Shown: positions 15,616 to 27,951 of the stretch, piece by piece
Layout: each line of letters starts with the position of its first letter
Position numbering within the stretch: position 1 is the first letter of the stretch
Translations under genes and position numbers: made by a program
The notes under the pieces: generated by a model
Databases searched by the model: none
What the model saw: only the letters and a program-made list of their open reading frames with translations
What the model was told of the DNA's origin: nothing
Source of the DNA: the human T2T-CHM13v2.0 reference genome, Homo sapiens
NCBI RefSeq assembly: GCF_009914755.1
Contig: NC_060925.1
Length of the DNA stretch: 64,000 nucleotides
Strand: one strand, 5' to 3'

Positions 15616-15921
15616 AATTTACAGAATATTGGGGCCTCCCAGTATTGGAAAGTTCAATTATTTCTATAGTCCAAACAGGATATTGGAATGTTGCTCAGAG
15701 ACTTTCTCCAAGTCCTCCCATTAAGATTCTTCAGCCAAAGAAAGAGATCTAGCCTTGCAGCAAAGATCAGATTAAGGGAGTTGCCCTCACTTATTTTTTA
15801 AGATTATCTTAAAATAGCCACCATTAAAACAATGAAAAGATGAATGAGTAGATGATAGGAACTAGTGAATAAGCAAATTTAAGAGGTAGATTGAAAAAAT
15901 AACTTGCATTGTAGTTCCTGG

Positions 15922-16788
15922 TGAAGCAGGAAATTTTCCCTGACTGCTTCATGAGTAGGACCCAGAGTGTGGGCACTGGGGCTACCCAGCCATTTTTCCA
16001 CTAGCAGGGGTAAACTCCACTCACTTGAACCCATTATGCTCAGCCCCTCATGGGAAGGAGCATGCAGGTGAGCAGGTGCAGGAGCTGGGGTGAGTGCTTT
16101 TGGGTGCCGGCAGGAGCAAAACTCTGTGCAGGCCCCGTGGCAGTGTCTAATGGGGAGTACCTGTGACCCCTAAAACCCCAGAGGATGTGTGTTACAGTGC
16201 GCTTTTAGCTGTGCTGTCCGTGGATGGCTTAAGTGTTAAACAGCTCAGTGGGCCCTCTGCTGTTTTGCATGAGGCAGTTGCTCTTCACCAGCAAGGGCAG
16301 AGGGTCAGTGTGACAGCCTTTGGAGGGATGCCTCTTATTTGGCATGCAGGAAAAATCAGGTTTCATGAACGAATTGAAGGGTGGTGAATGTGGAGAATTT
16401 TATTACCAATGAAAGTGGCTCTCAGAGGGAAGGGGAGCTGGAAAAGGGATGGAATGGGAAGGTGATCTTCCCCTGGAGTCCAGCCATCCCCTGTCAGACT
16501 CCTCTCCAAAGCCACACCATCAAGCTGTCCCTTTGAAGTCAAGCTGCTTCTCTCTGACATCCAGCTCCTTCTCCTTTTCTCTTCTCTCTGCTGGTGGAGC
16601 CTGGGGTTTTTATGGGTACAGGATGACGGTGGGGCAGGCCATGGGTAGTTTTTGAAAAGGCAACATTTGAGTGGGAAAACAGGAATGCACGTTCCCTCTT
16701 TGGGCCATGGTTCCAGGCTTGGAGGTGGGACCCTCACCGGGGACCTGCCCTCTTCTGCCCAGAATTTTCCTGCCTCCTGTCCCTATCA
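15922..16788 (-). mobile_element. ERV1 solo LTR of the LTR28/LTR27/LTR1 group
   Basis: Reverse strand starts TGATAGGGACAGGAGGCAGG and ends with CA; 4-bp TSD ctgg at 15918-15921 and 16789-16792. Confidence 0.8.
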
Positions 16789-16829
16789 CTGGCACATGTA
16801 ATGGATGGGTGACAAACAGCATAGAAGCC

Positions 16830-17522
16830 TACAAGTCCCCACATGGTTTCATTTTTCATGATTTCCAAAAATATTAAATGAAAAGTTACAGGAATAGACA
16901 ATTCATAAGTTTTTAATTGTACACCCTTATAACTAGCATGATGAAATCTTATGCTATCCCAGCCATCCCTCCTGGAAGGTGAATCCTGCCTTTGTACAGC
17001 ATGTCCATATTGTATATGCTACCCAACTATTTGTCATTTAGTAGCCCTCCCAGTTATGATCCACTGTTGTGGTATGGCAGTGCTTGTGTTCAAGTAACAC
17101 TTATTTTACTTAATAATAGCCCCAAAGCACAAGATTAGTGATGCTGGCTATTCAGATAGCACAGAGAAGCCATAAAGTGCTTCCTTTTAATAAAAAGACA
17201 AAATTTCTCAATTTAATAAGGCAAGAAAAAAATTGTATGCTGAGACTATTAAGAGAGATCTACAGTAAGAACGAATCTTCTGTCCATGAGATTGTGAAGA
17301 AGGAAAAAAATTCATGTTAGTTTTGTTATGGCACCTCAAATTGCAAAAGTTACAGCCACAGTGTGTGATTAATGTCTTGTTATAATGAAAAAGGCATTAA
17401 ATTTGTGGGTGGCAGACATCTAAACATGTTCTGATTGATGGCAATGGGGTTCAGTACCACTGTGGTTTCAGGAATCCATTGTCTTGAGACATATCCTCTG
17501 CCAATAAGGGGGGACTACTGTA
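16830..17522 (+). mobile_element. MER44 (Tigger7-derived) DNA transposon
   Basis: Contains aaatattaaatg...caattcataagtttt; terminal ataaggggggactactgta. Confidence 0.8.
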
Positions 17523-17594
17523 CTACATTTTTGTTTGTTTGTTTTTGAGATGGAGTCTTGCACTGTCGCCCAGGCTAGAGTGCAATGGCGCTAC

Positions 17595-19187
17595 TGAATG
17601 GTGACAGCATGCTGGAAGTCCTCACAGCCCTCGCTCGCTCTCGGCGCCTCGTCTGCCTGGGCTCCTACTTTGGCGGCACTTGAGGAGCTTTTCAGCCTAC
17701 CACTGCACTGTGGGACCCTTTTTCTGGGCTGGCCAAGGCCAGAGCCGGCTCTTTCAGCTTGCAGGGAGGTGTGGAGGGAGAGGCGCGAGCGGGAACCGGG
17801 GCTGCGCGGGGCGCTTGCGGGCCAGCTGGAGTTCCGGGTGGGCGTAGGCTTGGCGGACCCCTGCCGGCCCCGGGCAATGAAGGGCTTAGCACCTGGGCCA
17901 GCGGCTGCGGAGGGTGTACTGGGTCCCCTAGCAGTGCCAGCCCGCCGGCGCTGCGCTCGATTTCTCACCGGGCCTTAGCTGCCTTCCTGCGGGGCAGGGC
18001 TTGGGACCTGCAGCCCGCCATGCCTGAGCCTCCTACCTCCTCCGTGGGCTTCTGTGCGGCCTGTGCCTCCCGGATGAGCGCCGCCTCTTGCTCCACGGCG
18101 CCTAGTCCTATCGACCACCTAAGGGCTGAGGAGTGCAGGTGCACGGCACAGGACTGGCAGGCAGCTCCACCTGCAGCCTCGGTGCAGGATCTACTAGGTG
18201 AAGCCAGCTGGGCTCCTGAGTCTAGTGGAGACGTGGAGAACCTTTATGTCTAGCTCAGAGATTGTAAATACACCAATTAGCACCCTGTGTCTAGCTCAGG
18301 GTCTGTGAATGCACCAATGGACACTCTGTATCTAGCTACTCTGGTGGGGCCTTGGAGAACGTTTATGTCTAGCTCAGGGATTGTAAATACACCAATCGGC
18401 ACTCTGTATCTAGCTCAAGGTTTGTAAACACACCAGTCAGCACCTTGTGTCTAGCTCAGGGTTTGTGAATGCACCAATCAACACTCTGTATCTGGCTACT
18501 CTGGTAAGGCCTTGGAGAACCTTTGTGTGGACACTCTGTATCTAGTTAATCTAGTGGAGAGGTGGAGAACCTTTATGTCTAGCTCAGGGATTGTAAATAC
18601 ACCAATCAGCACCCTGTGTCTAGCTCAAGGTTTGTGAATGCACCAATCGACACTCTGTATCTAGCTACTCTGGTGGGGACTTGGAGAACCTTTGTGTCCA
18701 CACTCTGTATCTAGCTAATCTAGTAAGGACGTAAAGAACCTTTGTGTCTAGCTCAGGGATTGTAAACGCACCAATCAGCGCCTTGTCAAAACAGACCACT
18801 GGGCTCTACCAATCAGCAGGATGTGGGTGAGGCCAGATAAGAGAATAAAAGCAGGCTGCCCGAGCCAGCAGTGGCAACCCGCTCGGGTCCCCTTCCACAC
18901 TGCGGAAGCTTTGTTCTTTCGTTCTTTGCAATAAATCTTGCTACTGCTCACTCTTTAGGTCTACACTGCTTTTATGAGCTGTAACACTCACCGCGAAGGT
19001 CTGCAGCTTCACTCCTGAAGCCAGCAAGACCACGAACCTACCAGAAGGAAGAAACTCTGAACACATCTGAACATCAGAAGGAACAAACTCCAGACGCGCC
19101 ACCTTAAGAGCTGTAACACTCACCGCGAAGGTCCGCGGCTTCATTCTTCAAGTCAGTAAGACCAAGAACCCACCAATTCCAGACACA
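17595..19187 (+). mobile_element. LTR12C (ERV9/HERV9) solo LTR, full length
   Basis: TG...CA termini (tgaatggtgacagc...ccagacaca) and 4-bp TSD ctac (17591-17594, 19188-19191). GC-rich U3, tandem tctagct/CCAAT repeats, AATAAAA at 18844, AATAAA at 18930, duplicated U5 motif gagctgtaacactcaccgcgaaggtc. Confidence 0.95.
18240..18880 (+). promoter_or_regulatory. LTR12C U3 enhancer/promoter (NF-Y and GATA-type repeat array plus TATA-like box)
   Basis: Eight intact CCAAT boxes (18273, 18314, 18392, 18474, 18602, 18643, 18771, 18809), repeated gtatct motifs, AGATAA at ~18835, AATAAAA at 18844-18850. Confidence 0.75.
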
Positions 19188-20445
19188 CTACCTTGGCTCA
19201 CGGCAACTTCTGTCTCCTGGGTTCAAGTGAGTCTTGTGCCTCAGCCTCCCAAGTAGCTGGGATTACAAGTGAGTGCCACCATGCCCAGCTACTTTTTGTA
19301 TTTTTAGTAGAGACAGGGTTTCCCCATGTTGGACAGGCTGGTCTTGAACTCCTGACCTCAGGTGATCTGCCCACCTCAGCCTCCCAGAGTGCTGGGATTA
19401 CAGGTGTGAGTCACCACACTTGGCCTTGTACTAAGTTTTTGAAGAAATTCTATTGCTAAAGAAACCACAAATCTGACTTGGAAATGCCAGTCATTGTTCA
19501 TATCCTAAGGCAGTCTCTAGGAAAACATATTCTCCAACATCCACTTCAATTTTTAACCTGAAGAATAATGCACAAGGAAGAACCTCCCAGAGGGTGAACC
19601 CAGGGGCCCAGATGAGGCTAATCAAGGAATTTCTTTCATGGCCAGTGGAGAGATTTCTGCTTGGAAAGAAAACAAACGAACAAGCAATTAAGGACTACTG
19701 ATTGTGTCAGGTTTCCATTCTTTTATTTTTCAAATGGAAGTTTTTATTGTGGTTAATTCTGTTTCTGTTCTAACCTTGCATATTGGGTTGAAAGTGGGGA
19801 TTGAGTATCTTTCTTTTATGTTATGGGTCATCAGACTGTAAGCAGTCATATCTGGATGTATCAGAGTAGGCTGTACTTCCCCCAGAGGTACTGACCTTGA
19901 GCTGGCTGCAGAAAGTAGATAGGACCACAGGTAGAGAGGGAGATTGAGCTGTATGTGAAGAAGAGTCCACTCAGATGTTTGGGTGTCCCAAGGGATTGAC
20001 TATATCTCTTTGTTAGCCTTCACCTTCATGTAATGCAGTCTTTTTGGGAGTACTGATCTGTTTATTCAGAAACCTATTACCTGCATATTGACAATTCTGA
20101 AATTCGTATGTCCAACCAGGATTCTCTTCTATGTTCTAGACACATATATGTTATCCAAATACTGGATACCTTTGCATGAATTTACCACAGGAGAGACTTC
20201 AACTATAACATGTCCCAAACTGAAATTATTTCCTTTTACCTTAACCACATATCTCTTCTGTGGTAGATTGCAATAAATAGTCATAATCTTGTCCCATCCC
20301 TTTATATATGACCCTGTGCAATGTGACTTTTCTGTTTTTCTCATTAAGAGATGGACTCCAGACCTTTACTTCATTGTGTCCGGGTTGGCCTATGACTTGT
20401 TTTGACCAAAAAAATGCATAAAAAATAATGATATGGGAATTTTGA

Positions 20446-20812
<367 letters not shown>

Positions 20813-20871
20813 CTAGCCTCTTTGAGGATAAGAGTCTACATGGAGAAAGATGCCCAGCTGACATCCAGCAC

Positions 20872-21006
20872 CAACTTGCAAGGCCCAGTGAGATCTCTTG
20901 TACCATAATTATTGATAATTTTTAAACGGCAACAACAGAGTGATAAACCCTTCTAAGTGAGTGCTGTATGCCACTGCACAGGTTAAACATCTGTGAACTG
21001 GTCTTG
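20872..21006 (-). mobile_element. MER45A-like (hAT-Tip100)
   Basis: ttgcaaggcccagtg...acggcaacaacagag...actgcacaggt...tgaactggtcttg resembles the reverse MER45A consensus. Confidence 0.6.
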
Positions 21007-21339
21007 ATCACCAGAGAGTTTATCTGGACCATCAAGAACCCACCAACCTTCCAGGTGACTGTCACCACATGAATGAGCTCAGGTGAAACCAGCAGAAGAA
21101 CCTCCCAACTAAATCCAGCCCAAATACTGACCCACAGAATTGTTAACCCATAAATGATTGTTGTTTTAAGCCACTAAGTTTTGTGATCATATGTTAGGCA
21201 GCAATAAATAACCAAAACATACTTACTCCCTTATCGCCTATCCTGGATAATTAAAGCCTGAATAATTTAACTTCACCCACAGTATGAGACCTGAGGAATT
21301 CTTCAGGCTTTCTACTTACTTGTGCATCCATGAGTATGA

Positions 21340-21535
21340 GTTGTGGAGTCAGACTACACGAGTTTAAATTCTAGCTCCTCTTCTAATGTGACCTTGAACA
21401 CATTATTTGTGCCTGTATTTCTTCATCTGTAAAATGAAGATAACCTTATCTTTCTTACTAGGATCTGTGAAGGTTAAATGACATAACAAATGAACAGCAC
21501 TTAGCACGGTGGCTATGCTTAATAAATGTCATGAT
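21340..21535 (+). mobile_element. MIR
   Basis: ggagtcagac...gtgaccttgaac...catctgtaaaatg...cagcacttagcac. Confidence 0.75.
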
Positions 21536-21774
21536 TGCCTTGGATCCAATCATACTGTACCTAAGATTCAGAATGAAACTTGCAGGAGTACTACAGAAGA
21601 CTGCTGGGGTCACACAGGAGCAGTTTTCAAGGAGGTCAAAAACAGACATGGTCCTAGAGAAACTACAAATTAGTGTAAAGTGACAAACTTGTGCTCTGGA
21701 GTCAGACTTTCTACCTTCATATATCAGCTCTGCCACTTGTTCTGTTTCTCGGCACATTACTTAACCTCTTTAGG

Positions 21775-22081
<307 letters not shown>

Positions 22082-22629
22082 ACCTCTTTAGGTCTTAATT
22101 ATGTATACTGTAAAATGAGAATAATAAAAAGAAATCCCTCATAGTATTATTGTGAGAATTAAGTAAGGACTAAATGATTAAGTCATGTAGGCTTGCCACA
22201 TGGAATATTCACACCACATGATATTTGAAAAGTGAGTATTGGTCAGAAAGGCAAACCAAAATTGCTTTAAGAGAAAAATTACAACATATAAAGTACACTG
22301 TATACAAGACTGCAAACAAGATATGAGGTAAGCGATCAGGAGCCAAAGGGAAGATAAACAAATTAAGTTTAGAGAGGAAGGCAGATGTGAAACCATTCAA
22401 GACTTTAGTCATTGCATCAGAAAGTATCGGAGTTGTGTTTCCTCAATCTCTCTGCAAGCTACAGCTGCAAAGCAGAAGGTACACTAACAGCAGGCTTTGG
22501 ATTGTAGGTAACAGTTCAAGCAATCTGAGGTTATTCCCTACCAATTAGCCATTCAAATTTTAAGTAGAGGAGTGACATTTTGAAAGAGTACCTTGACAAC
22601 AACTGGAGAACAGAAAGAGCAGGACAGAA

Positions 22630-22812
22630 GGTCCACTGCCTGTTTTTGTAAATAAAGGTTTATTGGAACATAACCTTTGTATTGAACCATTTATGTATTG
22701 GCTGTTGCTGTTTTCCGGCCTTAGGTGTAGAGATGAGTAACTATGACCATCTGGCCCACAAAGCCTGACCTATTTACTGTATGATTCTTTAAGAAGTTAT
22801 TTGCTGATCCCA
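22630..22812 (+). mobile_element. MER58A
   Basis: ccactgcctgtttttgtaaataaag...tggcccacaaagcct...tttgctgatccc. Confidence 0.8.
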
Positions 22813-23474
22813 GGGAGACTGTTGCAGTAACCTGGGGTAAGACAAGGGTGGATAGCTTTGCGGAAGGGACAGTAAGAACTTTGGAAAGGCAAACCTATAG
22901 ATTGTGCCAAAATAGTCAATGTCTCTGAGGAAATCATGACCCAGATATCAGTTGGGATCATCCGTTTTGTTTTTAAACTAGATAATATTGACTCAAGCCC
23001 CTATTACACAACTCTTATATTATATAGTGTTTCATGAAGTATCCTGCCAATTTTCCAGACGTGATTTCAGCACTACCTCTGGCCCCCGCTAATGGGTTCA
23101 GTTTATGGACTATTTCACTGGACTCTAGGTGTGCTATCTCCTTTCTGCTCCTTTTTGATATAGCAGTGCAACTCGGCCCCATCCTGTGGTTTCTTCATTT
23201 ACCTCACCAGCACCTCCCCTCACACCATGTGTGCGTCTTGCAGAGGTATGAGAATTTAGGGGTAGTGGAAAGCCTACTGGAAATTTGGAAGAAATGAGGG
23301 GAGTTAAAGAAATACAAGTAACTTAGAATATTACACATTTTAAAAAAGTATTTTAGGCATACCATGAAGTTACTCTGCCATCCCTTTCTTTTCACTCTTT
23401 CTCATCTCTTCTGTCTTGTCCCCAACTCCTTCCACATCTCCAAGTTAATTTCTTTTTCTTCCCCTTAAAAATGT

Positions 23475-23680
23475 TTTTTTTCTTGATACATAATAGATGT
23501 ACATATTTTCAGGGTACATGTGATAATTTAATACCTTTATATACTTTGTAAATATCAAATCAATGTAATTAGGATATCCATCACCTTAAATATTTGCCTT
23601 TATGCTAAAATTCAAATTATTCTCTTATAGCTATTTTAGAATATACAATAGATTATTGTAAACTGTAGTGACACTACTGA
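23475..23680 (-). mobile_element. L1MA 3' end fragment
   Basis: tgatacataatagatgtacatattttcagggtacatgtgata...atatccatcacc. Confidence 0.8.
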
Positions 23681-25169
23681 TTCCAAATTAATTTCTGATA
23701 TAGAACAGTCCTTCTTGTTATTCCTGTCTCTTATTAACCCAAGTTCTCTAGGCACACCATCTATATATAATGACTCAAGATGTTTTCCTCTGAGAAGAAT
23801 TCTACTGCCAGCTATGAGAGAAATGGTTAAACTTCACTCTAGTATCAGGGTTTCTTGGACCACAGTGAGATACTGGTTTGTATCAAAAAATGTGTAATCC
23901 AACTCATCCAGCTGGAGGAGCCAGGAAAAGGAGGTAGTCCAAGATGGGAGTAACGAAGTAGGGAAACCCAGATCACTTCCACAGGAGTAGTGTAAATACC
24001 TAAGAGGTGTGTGTGAGGTTGTAAATGAGAGAGGACACCAGGAATCAGGAACAGAGGAAATCAACCAAAGGAACTGTATTGTAGACTCTTGCCCCCTTTT
24101 GAAAGGAGATGGTGTCGTAACTTTTATATATGTTCCACTTAATAGAGTATTAGACACACCGTAGGGACACAAGAAATAGTTGATAAACGGAACTCTTAAC
24201 TTCATGCCATTCCTGAAATCTAGTTCTCTTTGTGCTCCTGGGGCTTTGCTGTTTTGATATAGATCAATTTACTGCTCCTGAACAAATCAAGCAGCATTAG
24301 TTTTATTTCTAAACAACCTAAGCAAAAGAGCATCAGTAAGTGTATTTCATATATTCTTCCTTCAAATAGATGGAAACTAGCTCTCAATATATTTGTATCG
24401 TAACAACATTAATAACAAAAAACAGTTACCACCATCATTTATTGAATGCTGACTAGATCCGATATACAGTATCAGATCTATATAGCACAATGATCTGTGT
24501 ACTCTCATTTAGGCCTCATAATAGCCCTTTATTATATTCATTTTAGAGATGAGAAGATTCTGGCTCAAAGAGGTTCTCTTTCCTAAAGTCATAATAACTG
24601 GTGGTTTTTTTGACTTCAATACTCTTGATCTCAATAACACTAGTCCTCGCTGCCTCATAACTGGTTGCCCTGCCCCATTTCTAAACCTTTGTTCTCCTTA
24701 TTCTCTTGCTTAAAATCCTTCATTGTTTCCTCATTTCCTCCAGGGCAGAGTCTATGTAATTCGGTGTGGCATAGTTTATTTTTCATAATCCTTGACCACT
24801 TTAGTGGCCTTAGCTTCTCCTGCTGTTTCCATAAACGCATATTGAGTTCCAAACATTTGTGGTTCCTGGGGACATGCCCAGCTCCTCTGTGCTTCCGTGG
24901 TTTTGCATGTTCTCTCTCATTCTGTGGTATTCTTCCTCCCCATCTGCCTAGGCTTCAAAACCAGAGACCCAAGTTCTGATAAATCTCTTTTTTGAGATCT
25001 CCTAATCTCTCTGGATTTTGATTCTCCTGTTAGAAAAATTGAGATGATCTTTCCTCAGTTTGGAAACAGGTTATCTGTAATGAATTGTGGTCTTGCGTCT
25101 CAGTGGCTGTATCATCTTGGGAAAGTTGCTAGGCTTCTGTAAGCCTCAGGTTTTTTCTAGAACGGGATA

Positions 25170-25439
25170 GGCTGGGTGCGGTGGCTCACACCTGTAATCC
25201 CAGCACTTTGGGAGGCCGAGGTGGGTGGATCACCTGAGGTCAGGAGTTCAAGACCAGCCTGACCAACATGGAGAAACCTGGTCTCTCTAAATACAAAATT
25301 AGCCGGGTATGGTGGCGCATGCCTGTAATCCCAGCTGCTCGGGAGGCTGAGGCAGGAGAATCACTTGAAGCGGAGGTTGTGGTGAGCCGAGATCGTGCCA
25401 TTGCACTCCAGCCTGGGCAACAAGAGTGAAACTCTGTCT

Positions 25440-25474
<35 letters not shown>
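25170..25474 (+). mobile_element. AluSp-like with long poly-A
   Basis: cctgaccaacatggagaaacc; A-tract of ~34 nt. Confidence 0.93.
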
Positions 25475-25479
<5 letters not shown>

Positions 25480-25545
25480 AGGGTAATGATGTTTCTTTAG
25501 AATAGTGCCTGACACATAGTAAGTATTATCTTATCATCACTATTT

Positions 25546-25665
25546 GGTCAGGCACGGTGGCTCACGCCTATAATTCCAGCACTTTGGGAGGGTGAGGCGG
25601 GCAAATCACTTGAGTCCAGAAGTTCAAGACCAGCCTGGGCGACATGGTGAAACCCCCTCTCTACT
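25546..25665 (+). mobile_element. Alu left-arm fragment, a copy of the 26250 Alu 5' end
   Basis: Shares flank and private variants with 26232-26369. Confidence 0.85.
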
Positions 25666-26249
25666 CAGTTAGAAATGAATCGTTATTATACGGATCTTGC
25701 ACAAACTAAATAAGAACAACATGATCTAGGATAATAGTTATTACCACATTGTGCTTCCTTAGTGATTACCTGCTCATCTTTTAAGATTCAGCTCAAATTC
25801 ACATTTACAATGACTTTCTGTATGCACTCTGTACACTCTACACATGGTTAGTCATTTTGTCAATTGTGCTAAAAAACTCTATTTTTATTATATCACATGT
25901 AGTTATTTGTTTAAGTCCTCATTTCCTCTGCTAGTCTGGACTCCTTGAAGACAGGAACTATTTTATTATTCATCCAAACCTAGCATAAGTAGGTATTTAA
26001 TATACTTTGATTAATTGATTGCATATATATACATTCATTAATAAACAAGAATGATCCTCAAGGAACTTATAGTTACTACAACAATGATGATGATGACAAC
26101 AATGATGTAATGTTTATTGAGTATAATTTGCTCTACACTGTCCTAAACTCTTGGTACTCATTAACTCATTCAATTCTCACCAACTCTATTAGGTATTATC
26201 CCCATGAAAGTTTTTTTTTTTTAATTATAAAATCTTATTATCACTATTT

Positions 26250-26563
26250 GGTCAGGTACGGTGGCTCACGTCTATAATCCCAGCACTTTGGGAGGCTGAG
26301 GCAGGCAAATCACTTGAGTCCAGGAGTTCGAGACCAGCCTGGGCGACTTGGTGAAACCCCCCCTCTACTAAAAACACAAAAAATACAAAAATTAGCTGGG
26401 CATGGTGGCTCAGGCCATGGTCCCCACTACTTGGGAGGCTGAGGTGGGAGGATCGCTTGAGCCTAGGAGGTAGAGACCTGGACAACAGAGTGAGACCCCA
26501 TCTCAAAAAAAATATGTATATGCATATATATACATATAGAATAAAGAAATTCACAAACGTAAA
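26250..26563 (+). mobile_element. AluJ with right-arm deletion and extra 3' sequence
   Basis: TSD aaaatcttatt(a/g)tcactattt at 26229-26249 and 26564-26584. Confidence 0.88.
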
Positions 26564-26692
26564 AAAATCTTATTGTCACTATTTTACAGATAAAATAACA
26601 GGCTCAGAGAAGTTAAGTAACACACTCAAAGTCATATAGCTATGAAAAGGTGTACAAAAAATTTATGTTTCAATAGAAAATCCTGCATTGCT

Positions 26693-27004
26693 GGCTGGGT
26701 GCGGTGGCTCACGCCTGTAATCCCAGCACTTTGGGAGGCTGAGGCAGGCAAATCACCTGAGGTCAGGAGTTTGAGACTAGCCTGGCCAACATGGTAAAAC
26801 CTTGTCTCTACTAAAAATACAAAAATTAGCTGGGCATGATGGTGCATGCCTGTAATCCCAGCTACTCCAGAGGCTAAGGCATGAGAATCACTTGAACCCA
26901 GGAGGCAGAGGTTGCAGTGAGCTGAGATTGTGCCACTGCACACCAGCCTGGACAACAGAGTGAGACTCTGTCTCAAAAAATAATAATAATAATAAAAAAG
27001 AAAA
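26693..27004 (+). mobile_element. AluSx-like
   Basis: Full Alu; degenerate TSD agaaaat(c/t)ct(g/a)cattg. Confidence 0.93.
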
Positions 27005-27250
27005 AGAAAATTCTACATTGTTTAGAGGACACCTTCCAGATCATCTGATTCCTGCCTTTAATTGTCTTTGAGCCATTTTACAACTCAGTATAAATATGTC
27101 TTTTTCAGATTTGCTTAAAAACAGGTTGTAACATCTGCCTGGTTCCCTCACTGAGTTAGTTAAATAAAATCTTTGACATTATTTCCTTTTCTATCTGTGT
27201 CAGTCATGATTTTAGCTTTTTCTGAAAATTATCTTTTAAGAAAGATATAA

Positions 27251-27605
<355 letters not shown>

Positions 27606-27616
27606 TAGGTCTCTAA

Positions 27617-27951
<335 letters not shown>

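Larger units (their letters stand above)
17532..19425 (-). mobile_element. AluS split by the LTR12C (pieces 17532-17594 and 19192-19425)
   Basis: Alu sequence resumes in register across the LTR; degenerate TSD tgtacta..tttt on both sides. Confidence 0.9.
15221..20005 (+). mobile_element. MLT1-int (MaLR internal) remnant interrupted by several younger insertions
   Basis: Begins gaaattgatac immediately after the LTR. MaLR-int-like segments at 15221-15920 and 19430-20005. Confidence 0.55.

Noticed and set aside
17591-18253. 125-164 aa ORFs in the LTR12C
   Set aside because: Derived from GC-rich U3 sequence; no gag/pol/env similarity, and this is a solo LTR.
18240-18790. Periodic repeats superficially like a CRISPR array or satellite
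   Set aside because: They are the known U3 tandem repeats of LTR12 in a eukaryotic context, with no unique spacers or cas genes.
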